DNA of 64,000 nucleotides from a virus: IMG/VR virus record IMGVR_UViG_3300045988_056849; one strand, 5' to 3'. Shown piece by piece: positions 40,533 to 49,162 of this stretch (position 1 is its first letter; each line of letters starts with the position of its first letter). The notes under the pieces were generated by a model. It saw only the letters and a program-made list of their open reading frames with translations, ran no database searches and was not told where the DNA came from. The position numbers and the translations under genes were made by a program.

Positions 40533-42500
40533 ATGGCAAATAAAGAAGAAACAATTGAAAAGGCTGTAAGCCGTCAGGTTGGTGATACCCACCCGAACGG
40601 TAAATGGGTTTGGACAGAGTATAAGCCTGGCAAGTTCGACTGGCGTCCAATCAAAGGCAAGAAAGCACAGCAATCGGGTGATGGTTCATCTTCGGGGGGA
40701 GAGGATGACGGAGCGACCAAGAAAACTCCTTCAAAGCCTTCCGCATCTCAAATAGCAGGAGCGAAGGCGAAAGCTGGGAAGCCTATGAACTCCCAGCAAT
40801 TATTGGTTTGGGCTCAAAAGACTTCTGATGATAACCTTCTCAAAGTAGCTAACAGCAAGAACGGAAACGCTCAGATGCGAAAGATAGCGTATGACGCTCT
40901 GGAACAGAGAGGGTTTGATATGTCGCAGGTTGATACTTCGGGAACGCTTGCCCAGCTCATGAAAATGACAGGCAAGAAGGGAGCTGCTGCGACTTCGGGA
41001 GACGATGATGAGGACGTGGTAGCAGATACCAACGATGACGCAACCGTAGATATTGACGATGACTCTGACGGAGGTACGGACGGCAACAAGATAACTGAAA
41101 AATGGTATCTTGACCGAAACGATGACCGTGTGAAAAAAGCATTCAACTTGAAGACAAAGGAAGGACGTATCAAGTACGACCAGTTTGTTTACAAGATGAA
41201 GAAGAAAGAAAAGGACTACAAAAATCCAGTAGAAGTCGTACAAGACTTGAACGAACAATATTTGGAGTTCTTGGATAACGATGAGCAACGCTTCATGATT
41301 TCTGCGGGCGGTGCTGGTATCGGTAAGTCATACGGCTTTAACAAAATGGCGGAACTGTTGAACATGAAGCCGTTTGAAGAAGGAGACTCACCAGGTGATG
41401 GAGACTACGATATATTTGAGGCTCCTGACGTTAATTCGGGAAAGCAGCTGCTTAATATCCTCAAAGCTCACAACGGCAAAATCATTGTATTCGATGATAA
41501 CGATAAGGTGTTAAAGAGAGCCGACTGTGCGAGTGTTATGAAGAAGGCTACTGCTACGACAGGCAGACGTGTCGTTGGTGACCCTGATGACGTCAAGCAA
41601 AACTTCGAGTTCACAGGACGTATTATCATCATGACGAACAAAGACCTTGCTGCGTTATCCGAAAGCGAGGATACAAAGGCAATCATAAGCCGTGCTATGA
41701 TGGTATCTGAAATCTATATGACGGTGCCTGAAACTATCGAAGTAATGGAAAGCCGTTACCAAGATTATGAGTTTCCATCAGCTCCGAGACTTGACGATGA
41801 AGCAGCGGATAAGAAGGAACGTGATGAAATCATGAACCTTATTAAGAAGAACCAAAAGAACATTGACCCTTCTCAGTTCACCACACGTACATTCCAAGAA
41901 ATACTTACCAACAAACGTAAAGTTGATAAGGCAAATGAGAAACGCTCTAATCCAGCATTTGCTGCCCTTATCGGTAATAAGAATAAGGACTGGAAGGAAG
42001 TTGCTCTGGGAGTGCTTACGAAGGCAGCAATGAATGACTTCGGTGGCGTAGAGCCGAGCGATGAACTACTGAAAGCCGAAGAGGTTTTGTTTGAAAAGGG
42101 TGAGTGTCCTGAAGATGATGGAGTTGATTACACTGTTGACGAGCCTGAAGAGGAGATTGACGATGTAGAGAAAGCGGAGGAAGTTCTGTTTGATGAGGAT
42201 GATACCGATATTTTCAAGGCTGACTTCTCCGAGAAGGAACGCAAGAAACTTGCTAAGAAGAAAGAAGCAATGCCTGACGGTTCATTCCCTATCCGTAACA
42301 CTTCGGACTTGAAGAACGCAATTCAGGCTGTCGGCAGGGCGAAAGACCCAGACAAAGCCAAAGCATGGATTAAGAAAAGGGCAAAGGCTCTTGGTAAGGA
42401 GGACTTGCTGCCTGATACTTGGAAGGCTGAGGACGTTCTCAACTTCGGAGAAGAAGACATGGACTTACAAAAAGCAGAATCAATTCTATTCAGTAAATAA
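40533..42500 (+). CDS. AAA+-like ATPase with acidic linkers and a repeated KAE-x-[VI]L motif
   Basis: Walker A SAGGAGIGKSYG, Walker B KIIVFDDND and sensor-like RIIIMTN. N-terminal VGDTHPNGKWVWTEYKPGKFDWR motif. C-terminal MPDGSFPIRNTSDLKNAIQAVGRA box. Confidence 0.65.
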   Translation: MANKEETIEKAVSRQVGDTHPNGKWVWTEYKPGKFDWRPIKGKKAQQSGDGSSSGGEDDGATKKTPSKPSASQIAGAKAKAGKPMNSQQLLVWAQKTSDDNLLKVANSKNGNAQMRKIAYDALEQRGFDMSQVDTSGTLAQLMKMTGKKGAAATSGDDDEDVVADTNDDATVDIDDDSDGGTDGNKITEKWYLDRNDDRVKKAFNLKTKEGRIKYDQFVYKMKKKEKDYKNPVEVVQDLNEQYLEFLDNDEQRFMISAGGAGIGKSYGFNKMAELLNMKPFEEGDSPGDGDYDIFEAPDVNSGKQLLNILKAHNGKIIVFDDNDKVLKRADCASVMKKATATTGRRVVGDPDDVKQNFEFTGRIIIMTNKDLAALSESEDTKAIISRAMMVSEIYMTVPETIEVMESRYQDYEFPSAPRLDDEAADKKERDEIMNLIKKNQKNIDPSQFTTRTFQEILTNKRKVDKANEKRSNPAFAALIGNKNKDWKEVALGVLTKAAMNDFGGVEPSDELLKAEEVLFEKGECPEDDGVDYTVDEPEEEIDDVEKAEEVLFDEDDTDIFKADFSEKERKKLAKKKEAMPDGSFPIRNTSDLKNAIQAVGRAKDPDKAKAWIKKRAKALGKEDLLPDTWKAEDVLNFGEEDMDLQKAESILFSK

Positions 42501-42502
42501 CA

Positions 42503-44875
42503 ATGAAAGAAATAAAGAAAGCGTTGGAAACTATTGCCCTCAAAAATTCTGAGGGCGTAGTTTCCGATGACCTTCTGATTAAGGCTTGCGATGCTTACAA
42601 GATAAAGTCCGATGATTTTCTTGACGACTATGATTATCATGTATGCGTCGCAAAGTCTTTGTACGACCATCTCAACGGAATAGAGCCTGATGAAGAAATT
42701 TGTAAGGCAGTAGTTCCTGGTCAAACGAAGGTTGTCGATGGAGTAATGTATATTTATACCGCAACACCTGGTGCTAAGACTAAGTATGATTGGCGAGTAT
42801 TCAAAGGCAAGAAGAAGGTTGGTAAGCAGGTAGATGATACGAAAGCTAAGGCAAAACAACAATATATCAACGAGTTATTTCCAACCGATTTAAGCACTTT
42901 GAAAGTCGTTAAGAGGTTAGGCGGTAGCACTGGGGCTCAATTAGTAGAGGATGCTAAGGGCAATCAATACGTGATGAAGAAAGGCACGAACACTTCCAGT
43001 GGTCATGTAAAATCAGAGTTCCTGACTAATCAATTATACGAAATTCTTGGTCAAAAAGTTCCTGACTTTGAGCTTTATGATGATAACGGAGAAGCAGTGA
43101 TGCTATCGAAGTTCATACCTATGGCGCAAGCTCCGAGTGCTAAGAACTACGATGATATGGCAAAAGGGTTTATCGTTGATGCTCTTTTAGCAAACTGGGA
43201 TATTTATCAGAACGACAATTGTTTAATTGATTCAGCTGGAAGAGTCATTCGAGTTGATAATGGAGGTGCTTTGAGTTATAGAGCTCAAGGCAGTAAGAAG
43301 GTATTTGGGAATATTGTAGATGAATTCCTTTCAATGCAAAAATATAATCCATCTATTGTTGCTAATCTTAAAGACGAAGATTATATAAAACAAATTGAAG
43401 ATGTATTAACTAAGCGTGACGATGTAATCAATTTTTTAGAAGAAAGTCCATGGACTCAAAATACAGGATATGCTAAAACTATTTCTGGACGTTTTCAAGA
43501 TTTGGAGCGTATTAAGAACGATTTGGAAGCAAAACTTGCTAAGAAGAACAAAAAGATATTGCCGAGAAAGCTCAAGAGCGATGCTGATATGTATCGGGAG
43601 TTATCTGATGATGAGCTGGACGCTATATGGAAGGGTCAATCAGGCTCCGATTATTGGCGTAAACTCAATGCTACAAATTATACCGTAGGTTGGGAGCTAT
43701 TAAGTACGATATGTGCTGAAAGAGGTTTTACTGCCCGTCCAAACGTAGTAGATGAAGCGGAATATTGGAACGCTGTTAAGCAATCAAAATATCAAATGTT
43801 CCGTGGGTTATCGGACGGAGGAGGACACGATGCGGAGTATTATGCCGATGATTTCAAATACAATGATAATTGTTTCTATGGAACTATTGGTATTCACGGC
43901 TCTGGTATCTATGCTCACGTAAATGACGGAGACCACGACAAGAGTAATACTCAAACGACATATAAGAAGTCCGATGCTTACAACGCTGCGAGAAGTTATG
44001 CTGGCCGTTCGGGAGAGATACTTGAATGCGTTCTTGACCCTTCGGCAAAAGTCGCTTTGGTTCCTGATTTGAAGAAGGAAATACTCAGTTTGGTAACCTT
44101 TGACAAAGCAGCTGTTGATGCGAAGCAGCTTGAGATTGATAGCCTAAACTCACAGCTGAAGAAGCAACAGGATGACCTCAATAACATAACGGATAAGACC
44201 GAGAAGGAAATCAAAGAAAAGATGCACTGGGACGAAGATACGCTTGTAATGTCCCAACTTGAAATTGATAATACTGATTGGGGGAAACTGAACGATAACG
44301 GTGACCCAGACTATCCTACGTTTGAGGACTTCGTTGAGAAGAAGATGTTTGATTGGGTTAAGAAGAATGGCGGTACAGTAACCGAGAAGGGGAAAGGAAC
44401 GGATGTATATGTATTCACTTTGCCTAACAGTAAAGAGAAGTTCATGTTGAGTCGTTTTCAATGGGAGAACAACGCCATTAAACGCAAGAATGCTTTTAGT
44501 AAAGCATACAACTATCCTTTGAAACGCTTCCAAGATTGGATGATGAAAGAACACTACGGTGTTATCAATAAAAAGGTAGCGAAGGAGCTTGAGCACATTG
44601 GAGACAAAGTTACTAACTTACAATCAGACATAAAGGTAACAAAGAACGAATTGAACGTCAAAACTTCCGAAATGGCAGACTTGAAGAAAACGAAAGACCC
44701 AAATGGAGACATTATTTCGGGCATCTACGAGTCAGTCAGAGGAGGAAGCAAAGAAGCTATTGGAACATACGCTGCGTTGAAAGGTTATGACGCTATTGTC
44801 GAGCCTCACGGAAACGGTGGCCCAAATTCGTTCATGATTATTCTCAACCGTAGTAAAGTAATTGTTAAAAAGTAA
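42503..44875 (+). CDS. giant multidomain protein: atypical kinase-like and ADP-ribosyltransferase-like regions
   Basis: aa 135-265: GGSTGAQLVEDAKGNQYVMKK...LLANWDIYQNDNCLIDSAGRVIRVDNGG (PI3/4K / actin-fragmin-kinase-like catalytic loop). aa 365-515: LSDDELDAIW..SDYWRKLN, YQMFRG and GEILECVL (ART-like R and E regions). Confidence 0.6.
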   Translation: MKEIKKALETIALKNSEGVVSDDLLIKACDAYKIKSDDFLDDYDYHVCVAKSLYDHLNGIEPDEEICKAVVPGQTKVVDGVMYIYTATPGAKTKYDWRVFKGKKKVGKQVDDTKAKAKQQYINELFPTDLSTLKVVKRLGGSTGAQLVEDAKGNQYVMKKGTNTSSGHVKSEFLTNQLYEILGQKVPDFELYDDNGEAVMLSKFIPMAQAPSAKNYDDMAKGFIVDALLANWDIYQNDNCLIDSAGRVIRVDNGGALSYRAQGSKKVFGNIVDEFLSMQKYNPSIVANLKDEDYIKQIEDVLTKRDDVINFLEESPWTQNTGYAKTISGRFQDLERIKNDLEAKLAKKNKKILPRKLKSDADMYRELSDDELDAIWKGQSGSDYWRKLNATNYTVGWELLSTICAERGFTARPNVVDEAEYWNAVKQSKYQMFRGLSDGGGHDAEYYADDFKYNDNCFYGTIGIHGSGIYAHVNDGDHDKSNTQTTYKKSDAYNAARSYAGRSGEILECVLDPSAKVALVPDLKKEILSLVTFDKAAVDAKQLEIDSLNSQLKKQQDDLNNITDKTEKEIKEKMHWDEDTLVMSQLEIDNTDWGKLNDNGDPDYPTFEDFVEKKMFDWVKKNGGTVTEKGKGTDVYVFTLPNSKEKFMLSRFQWENNAIKRKNAFSKAYNYPLKRFQDWMMKEHYGVINKKVAKELEHIGDKVTNLQSDIKVTKNELNVKTSEMADLKKTKDPNGDIISGIYESVRGGSKEAIGTYAALKGYDAIVEPHGNGGPNSFMIILNRSKVIVKK

Positions 44876-44878
44876 GTC

Positions 44879-45244
44879 ATGGAAAGAGAAAGACTTGTAT
44901 CAATAGTAGGAGGCAGAGCCGTCAAATATGTCGGACTGAAAAAACCTTCTCAAATAATTCCGTTCAAAGGAAACTTCCCACTGCTTGAGCCTTATCAGAT
45001 TGCTCTATACAACGAAGCAATTCAGAGTACAGAGAAGATAGAGGACTTGAGCGAGGAGTTTCAGAAAGTAACGGAGAAGGGGAACAGGATTGCTCTATTG
45101 GAAGAAGGCTTCAAAAAATATCTATCCGAGTATAATATCACGGTGGATGATTTCATGAAGCTCAGCAACTCTGATAAATCGGATAAGCTAATGAATTGGC
45201 TCAACCGAGATTGTATTGATTTTTCACAACTAACAATAAAGTAA
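44879..45244 (+). CDS. hypothetical protein
   Basis: 121-aa ORF. Confidence 0.5.
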   Translation: MERERLVSIVGGRAVKYVGLKKPSQIIPFKGNFPLLEPYQIALYNEAIQSTEKIEDLSEEFQKVTEKGNRIALLEEGFKKYLSEYNITVDDFMKLSNSDKSDKLMNWLNRDCIDFSQLTIK

Positions 45245-45245
45245 G

Positions 45246-45656
45246 ATGGCAGATTTTAATGTAGCCTATAAACGAACAGAGAAGTTTGAGGGCAAAAACG
45301 TCTATACAAAAACACCTGGCGATGCGGGAGGAGAAACTTGGAGCGGTATCAGCCGAGTAGCTAACCCAAATTGGGCAGGTTGGAAAATATTGGACGCTAT
45401 TCCGAACAAGAAACATAATCAGGTCATCACTACTCCTGAATTGGAGAAACTGAAACTTGACCTTTATCGGAGTAACTATTGGAACCCAGTATGGGGTGAT
45501 AAAATTAACAAACAAGAAGTTGCCAACGATATGTACGATACAGCCGTCAACATGGGGCCAGCTACGTCCATAAAGTTATCCGAGCGTCAGTTCAAGATGA
45601 AGGAAACTGGGAAGATGAGCAACGAGTTATTAACGAAATTGAATTCAGTGGTATGA
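45246..45656 (+). CDS. GH108-like lysozyme (endolysin candidate)
   Basis: YKRTEKFEGKNVYTKTPGDAGGETWSGISRVANPNW matches the GH108 E-G-G ... D-x-GG-x-T signature. Confidence 0.7.
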   Translation: MADFNVAYKRTEKFEGKNVYTKTPGDAGGETWSGISRVANPNWAGWKILDAIPNKKHNQVITTPELEKLKLDLYRSNYWNPVWGDKINKQEVANDMYDTAVNMGPATSIKLSERQFKMKETGKMSNELLTKLNSVV

Positions 45657-45982
45657 AAACATTATTTATATGCTTGCTAACGGCATTAATGGTTAGCTGT
45701 GGTACGAGAGGTCAATCACCTTCGGAGCCTGTTCAGGTTATGCCTGATACCGTGTACGTTGAAGTTCCTACGTTAAATGAGGAACGGATAAAAGAACTTG
45801 AAGCAGATGTAGCCTTTTGGAAGAATGTAGCCGACAGTGTGAGTACAACTATTCCTTACGAAGATTACATGAATGCCCGAAGGATGGAGAAAATAAAGTA
45901 TTATATCTCAATCACCGAGAAGAACTCAAATAATAAGCAGTTTTTTTACGGTTGGATAAAAAGAACCATGTCCGAACAATAG
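45653..45982 (+). CDS. lipoprotein (spanin-like candidate)
   Basis: ATGA overlap with the lysin. Signal plus lipobox MKTLFICLLTALMVSCG. Confidence 0.55.
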   Translation: MKTLFICLLTALMVSCGTRGQSPSEPVQVMPDTVYVEVPTLNEERIKELEADVAFWKNVADSVSTTIPYEDYMNARRMEKIKYYISITEKNSNNKQFFYGWIKRTMSEQ

Positions 45983-45995
45983 CAATTTTCAATTG

Positions 45996-46005
45996 ACAGT
46001 TATAG
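45996..46005 (+). promoter_or_regulatory. ACAGTTATAG motif copy 6
   Basis: Exact 10-mer immediately 5' of hairpin 46008-46037, 49 nt before ATG 46054. Confidence 0.5.
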
Positions 46006-46007
46006 GG

Positions 46008-46045
46008 AAGGTCAAGAGTACAAAAACTTTTGACCTTTTCATTTT
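46008..46045 (+). terminator. hairpin plus T-rich tract
   Basis: AAGGTCAAGAG-N8-CTTTTGACCTT 11-bp stem (one G:U pair), then TTCATTTT. Confidence 0.6.
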
Positions 46046-46053
46046 ATAGGAAT

Positions 46054-47565
46054 ATGGCAAAAACAAATTTAGAAGATAGATTCACCTTTTGGTGTCCTTT
46101 GGAGAAGGCGCAAGACCTTGACCTGACTACTGGTGAGCCAGTAATGAAGTTGGGCGGTATTGCTTCTACATCTGACGAGGACAACGATGGAGAATTTCTT
46201 GACCCGAAGGGGTTTGATATTAAGCCGTTGATTGAAAGCGGTATGGTGAACTGGCACCATCAGGCGAAAGGTCAACCTGCTACGATTATCGGAGAGCCTA
46301 CAAAAGCAGAGATACGTCCAGAAGGACTGTACATTGAAACTGAACTCTATCCTTCAAGTAAGATAGCGTGCGATGTATGGGAGTTGGCAGAAACTCTTGA
46401 GAAGGATTCAAAGACAAGGCGGTTGGGTTATTCGATTGAAGGTAAAGTCGTGAAACGTAAATCGAATGATAAAAAGTCTCCTGACTATAAAAAGATTGTC
46501 AAAGCAATTATTACTGGCGTAGCTATCACCTACCAGCCTAAAAATCCAAAGACCTTTGCGAATATCATCAAAGGAGAGATTGATGACGATTTTGAGGACG
46601 AGGAAGAAAAGGCATTGGATACCGAAACTGGTAAGGCTCTTAAAAAAGAGTCAGTGGACAAGAAAATCAAAAACCAAACTTTTTCAAAAGCAGAGGTTAT
46701 CGAAAGGCTTTTCAAAGACATTCCAGGTATAAGTATTGAGAAAGCAGAAAAAATTCATTCATTGATATTAAAAATTGCGAGTATGAAAGGTAAAAAAACA
46801 AAAGTAACCGATGAAGATATCAGCAAAGCATACGAAGCTCTTGGGCTGGACGTAGCTCCGACTGATATTGAAAAAGGTGAAGGTTGTGACGCCAATGGCG
46901 GACAGACCGAAAAAGAGCCTATCAAAAAAGCAAAGTCCAAATCAAAGGCTGAGGATGAAACTGATGACGTAGGAGATGACGGCACAGACGAAACCGAAGA
47001 GGAAGATGACGAGGAGGACGATGTTGAAGAGGCAAAGAAAGGAAAGATGAAGAAGGGCGGTGACGGTGTAAATCGTTTTGACCGTATCGAAAAGGCAATT
47101 GCCACTTCTCATCAGATTAACTCTAAGTACATCAAAGCACTTGGGGTTATGGTTAAGGACGTTGCTCAGAAGGCTACCGCCATTATGGACGAGAATGTCG
47201 AGTTGAAAGAGCTTGTAAAAGCTCAAGACGAGACTATCAGCGTAATGTCCGAGAAATTGGAAGCATTTGGTTCCGAAGTTCCTGCACCGAAGTCCATCAG
47301 TGCCGCACGCCCAGTAGAACGTCAGTTTGCTAAGGCAGAAGATACTGATATCACGAAGGGCGGTCAGGGTAAAGCGAAGAGCAACGCAATTTCTATGAGC
47401 AAAAATCCTCATGCTGTTGCCGAGCTTCTTGACCAAGCTACGTTCGCCAAAGGCTTCGATGACGAGTTCAGCAAAGCATGTACAGCGTTTGAAGCCAACA
47501 AGGCTCTTCCTGCTAACATCATTGCTCGAATGAAGAACGAGTATGGCGTTGAAATTGTTAAATAA
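46054..47565 (+). CDS. prohead serine protease (S78/HK97 gp4-like) fused to a scaffold-like C-terminal region
   Basis: GGIASTSDEDNDGEFLDPKGFD, MVNWHHQ (His) and LGYSIEG (Ser). The C-terminal 300 aa are acidic and coiled-coil. ATG 46054 is within the ORF-track 46030 ORF. Confidence 0.65.
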   Translation: MAKTNLEDRFTFWCPLEKAQDLDLTTGEPVMKLGGIASTSDEDNDGEFLDPKGFDIKPLIESGMVNWHHQAKGQPATIIGEPTKAEIRPEGLYIETELYPSSKIACDVWELAETLEKDSKTRRLGYSIEGKVVKRKSNDKKSPDYKKIVKAIITGVAITYQPKNPKTFANIIKGEIDDDFEDEEEKALDTETGKALKKESVDKKIKNQTFSKAEVIERLFKDIPGISIEKAEKIHSLILKIASMKGKKTKVTDEDISKAYEALGLDVAPTDIEKGEGCDANGGQTEKEPIKKAKSKSKAEDETDDVGDDGTDETEEEDDEEDDVEEAKKGKMKKGGDGVNRFDRIEKAIATSHQINSKYIKALGVMVKDVAQKATAIMDENVELKELVKAQDETISVMSEKLEAFGSEVPAPKSISAARPVERQFAKAEDTDITKGGQGKAKSNAISMSKNPHAVAELLDQATFAKGFDDEFSKACTAFEANKALPANIIARMKNEYGVEIVK

Positions 47566-47591
47566 ACAACAACTTTTATAATAAGCGAAAA

Positions 47592-49085
47592 ATGGAAAGA
47601 TTATCTATCAACTTGGCTGATTACGGCTATGCCGCTCAGCAGGATGGTTTCCACTCTGGTATGCATGGTAGCGAAAACCTTGACCAACTGAACAAGGCTC
47701 TTGCTGCTGAGCAGATTACAGGACGTGAAACTGCCGACCTGACTACTACGTCAGGTGCTCCGTTGAAGGTTGAATCTTTGGAGAAAACTCTGAAGCATAT
47801 CACCTTCCGTGAGAGCGACATTCGCCTTTGGAAAGACCTTCCGAAAAAGGTTGCGTATAATACCGTAGAAGAGTACAACCAGCAAACTTCTTATGGTGCT
47901 AATCGGGGTGGCTGGAACAGAGAAGGTGAATTGCCCGAAGAGGAAGATTCAATCTTTGTTCGTAGAGCTCAGTTGGTGAAATACCTTGGTGTTACCAAGT
48001 CCGTAACTCACCAGATGACTCTTGTAAACACAATGATTGGTTCCGTAATGGAGCGTACTATCAAAGATGGAACGCTTTGGATTTTGCGTACCTTGAACCA
48101 AGGTCTGTACTTCGGTAACGAAAAACTTGTACCTGAACAGTTCAACGGCTTCTTGGCTCAGCAGATGCAGTCTGACGCTTGGGCTTCTTATGCCGATTAC
48201 ATGAACTCCGAGATGGTTGTTGACCTTCGTGGTTCGGCTCTTACCGAAGATGCGATTGAAACAGCTGCCAACTCTATCGTAGAAAACTACGGACTTGGTA
48301 CCCAGCTTTATGGGCCACCCGCAGTACTTTCTTCTTTCGTGAAGAACTTCTATGGTAACAAGTTCATTGTTCCGAATACTCCGAGCTTGAGCAACGGTAT
48401 TATGGGACAGAGGGTTCAGGCATTTGACTCTCAGTTTGGACAGATTGGTTTGAACCATGACGTATTCTTCAAGAAACTTCCGAGCAAAACTGCCGCAAGT
48501 CCTGCCAACTCTCAGAAAGCTCCGAACAAGCCTGTATGGGACGCATCGACTGCTGCTGCCGTTCAGAACGGTATTGCTGGTAGCAAATGGGCTTCAACCG
48601 ATGCTGGTAACGTATTTTATGGTGTAGTTGCTATCAACCGCTTCGGTGAGTCTGATATGGCAATCTATAACACCGCTGTTGCTGCCGTTGCCAATGGTGC
48701 TATTGACCTGAAGTTTGCTGATGGAGGCGGTGTAAACAAAGCAACTGCTTACCGTATCTATCGTACCAAAGTCGGTGGCTCTGCTACTGGTGAGTTCTTC
48801 CCGCTGTTTGACGTTTCTCTGGACGACTTGACCCGTGGTTATGACGGTGGAGCACCTGGTATCATTCGTGATATGAACCGCTTCTTGCCTGACTGCGACC
48901 AGTCTGCTCTGTTCCAGTTCGATAACGAAGTAGTTGAGTTTGCTCAGCTTGCTCCTCTGATGAAGATGGATTTGGCTGTTCTTTCTCCTGCATTCCGCTT
49001 CATGGTGCTGCTTTATGGAACTCCGTTCCTTTATGCTCCGAAGAAGATGGTGCGCTTCATCAACATCGGCAAGTTCGTAAAATAA
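47592..49085 (+). CDS. major capsid protein
   Basis: 497 aa, immediately after the protease-scaffold gene and followed by the strongest terminator in the window. Confidence 0.6.
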   Translation: MERLSINLADYGYAAQQDGFHSGMHGSENLDQLNKALAAEQITGRETADLTTTSGAPLKVESLEKTLKHITFRESDIRLWKDLPKKVAYNTVEEYNQQTSYGANRGGWNREGELPEEEDSIFVRRAQLVKYLGVTKSVTHQMTLVNTMIGSVMERTIKDGTLWILRTLNQGLYFGNEKLVPEQFNGFLAQQMQSDAWASYADYMNSEMVVDLRGSALTEDAIETAANSIVENYGLGTQLYGPPAVLSSFVKNFYGNKFIVPNTPSLSNGIMGQRVQAFDSQFGQIGLNHDVFFKKLPSKTAASPANSQKAPNKPVWDASTAAAVQNGIAGSKWASTDAGNVFYGVVAINRFGESDMAIYNTAVAAVANGAIDLKFADGGGVNKATAYRIYRTKVGGSATGEFFPLFDVSLDDLTRGYDGGAPGIIRDMNRFLPDCDQSALFQFDNEVVEFAQLAPLMKMDLAVLSPAFRFMVLLYGTPFLYAPKKMVRFINIGKFVK

Positions 49086-49111
49086 CCGATAAACAATTGT
49101 TTAATTGAGAG

Positions 49112-49145
49112 AAGGGGTGGGTGCTTTGCCCCACTCCTTTTTTCT
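49112..49145 (+). terminator. rho-independent terminator
   Basis: AAGGGGTGGG-TGCTTTGC-CCCACTCCTT 10-bp stem followed by TTTTTC. Confidence 0.8.
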
Positions 49146-49162
49146 TAAATCGTAAAATTAAA

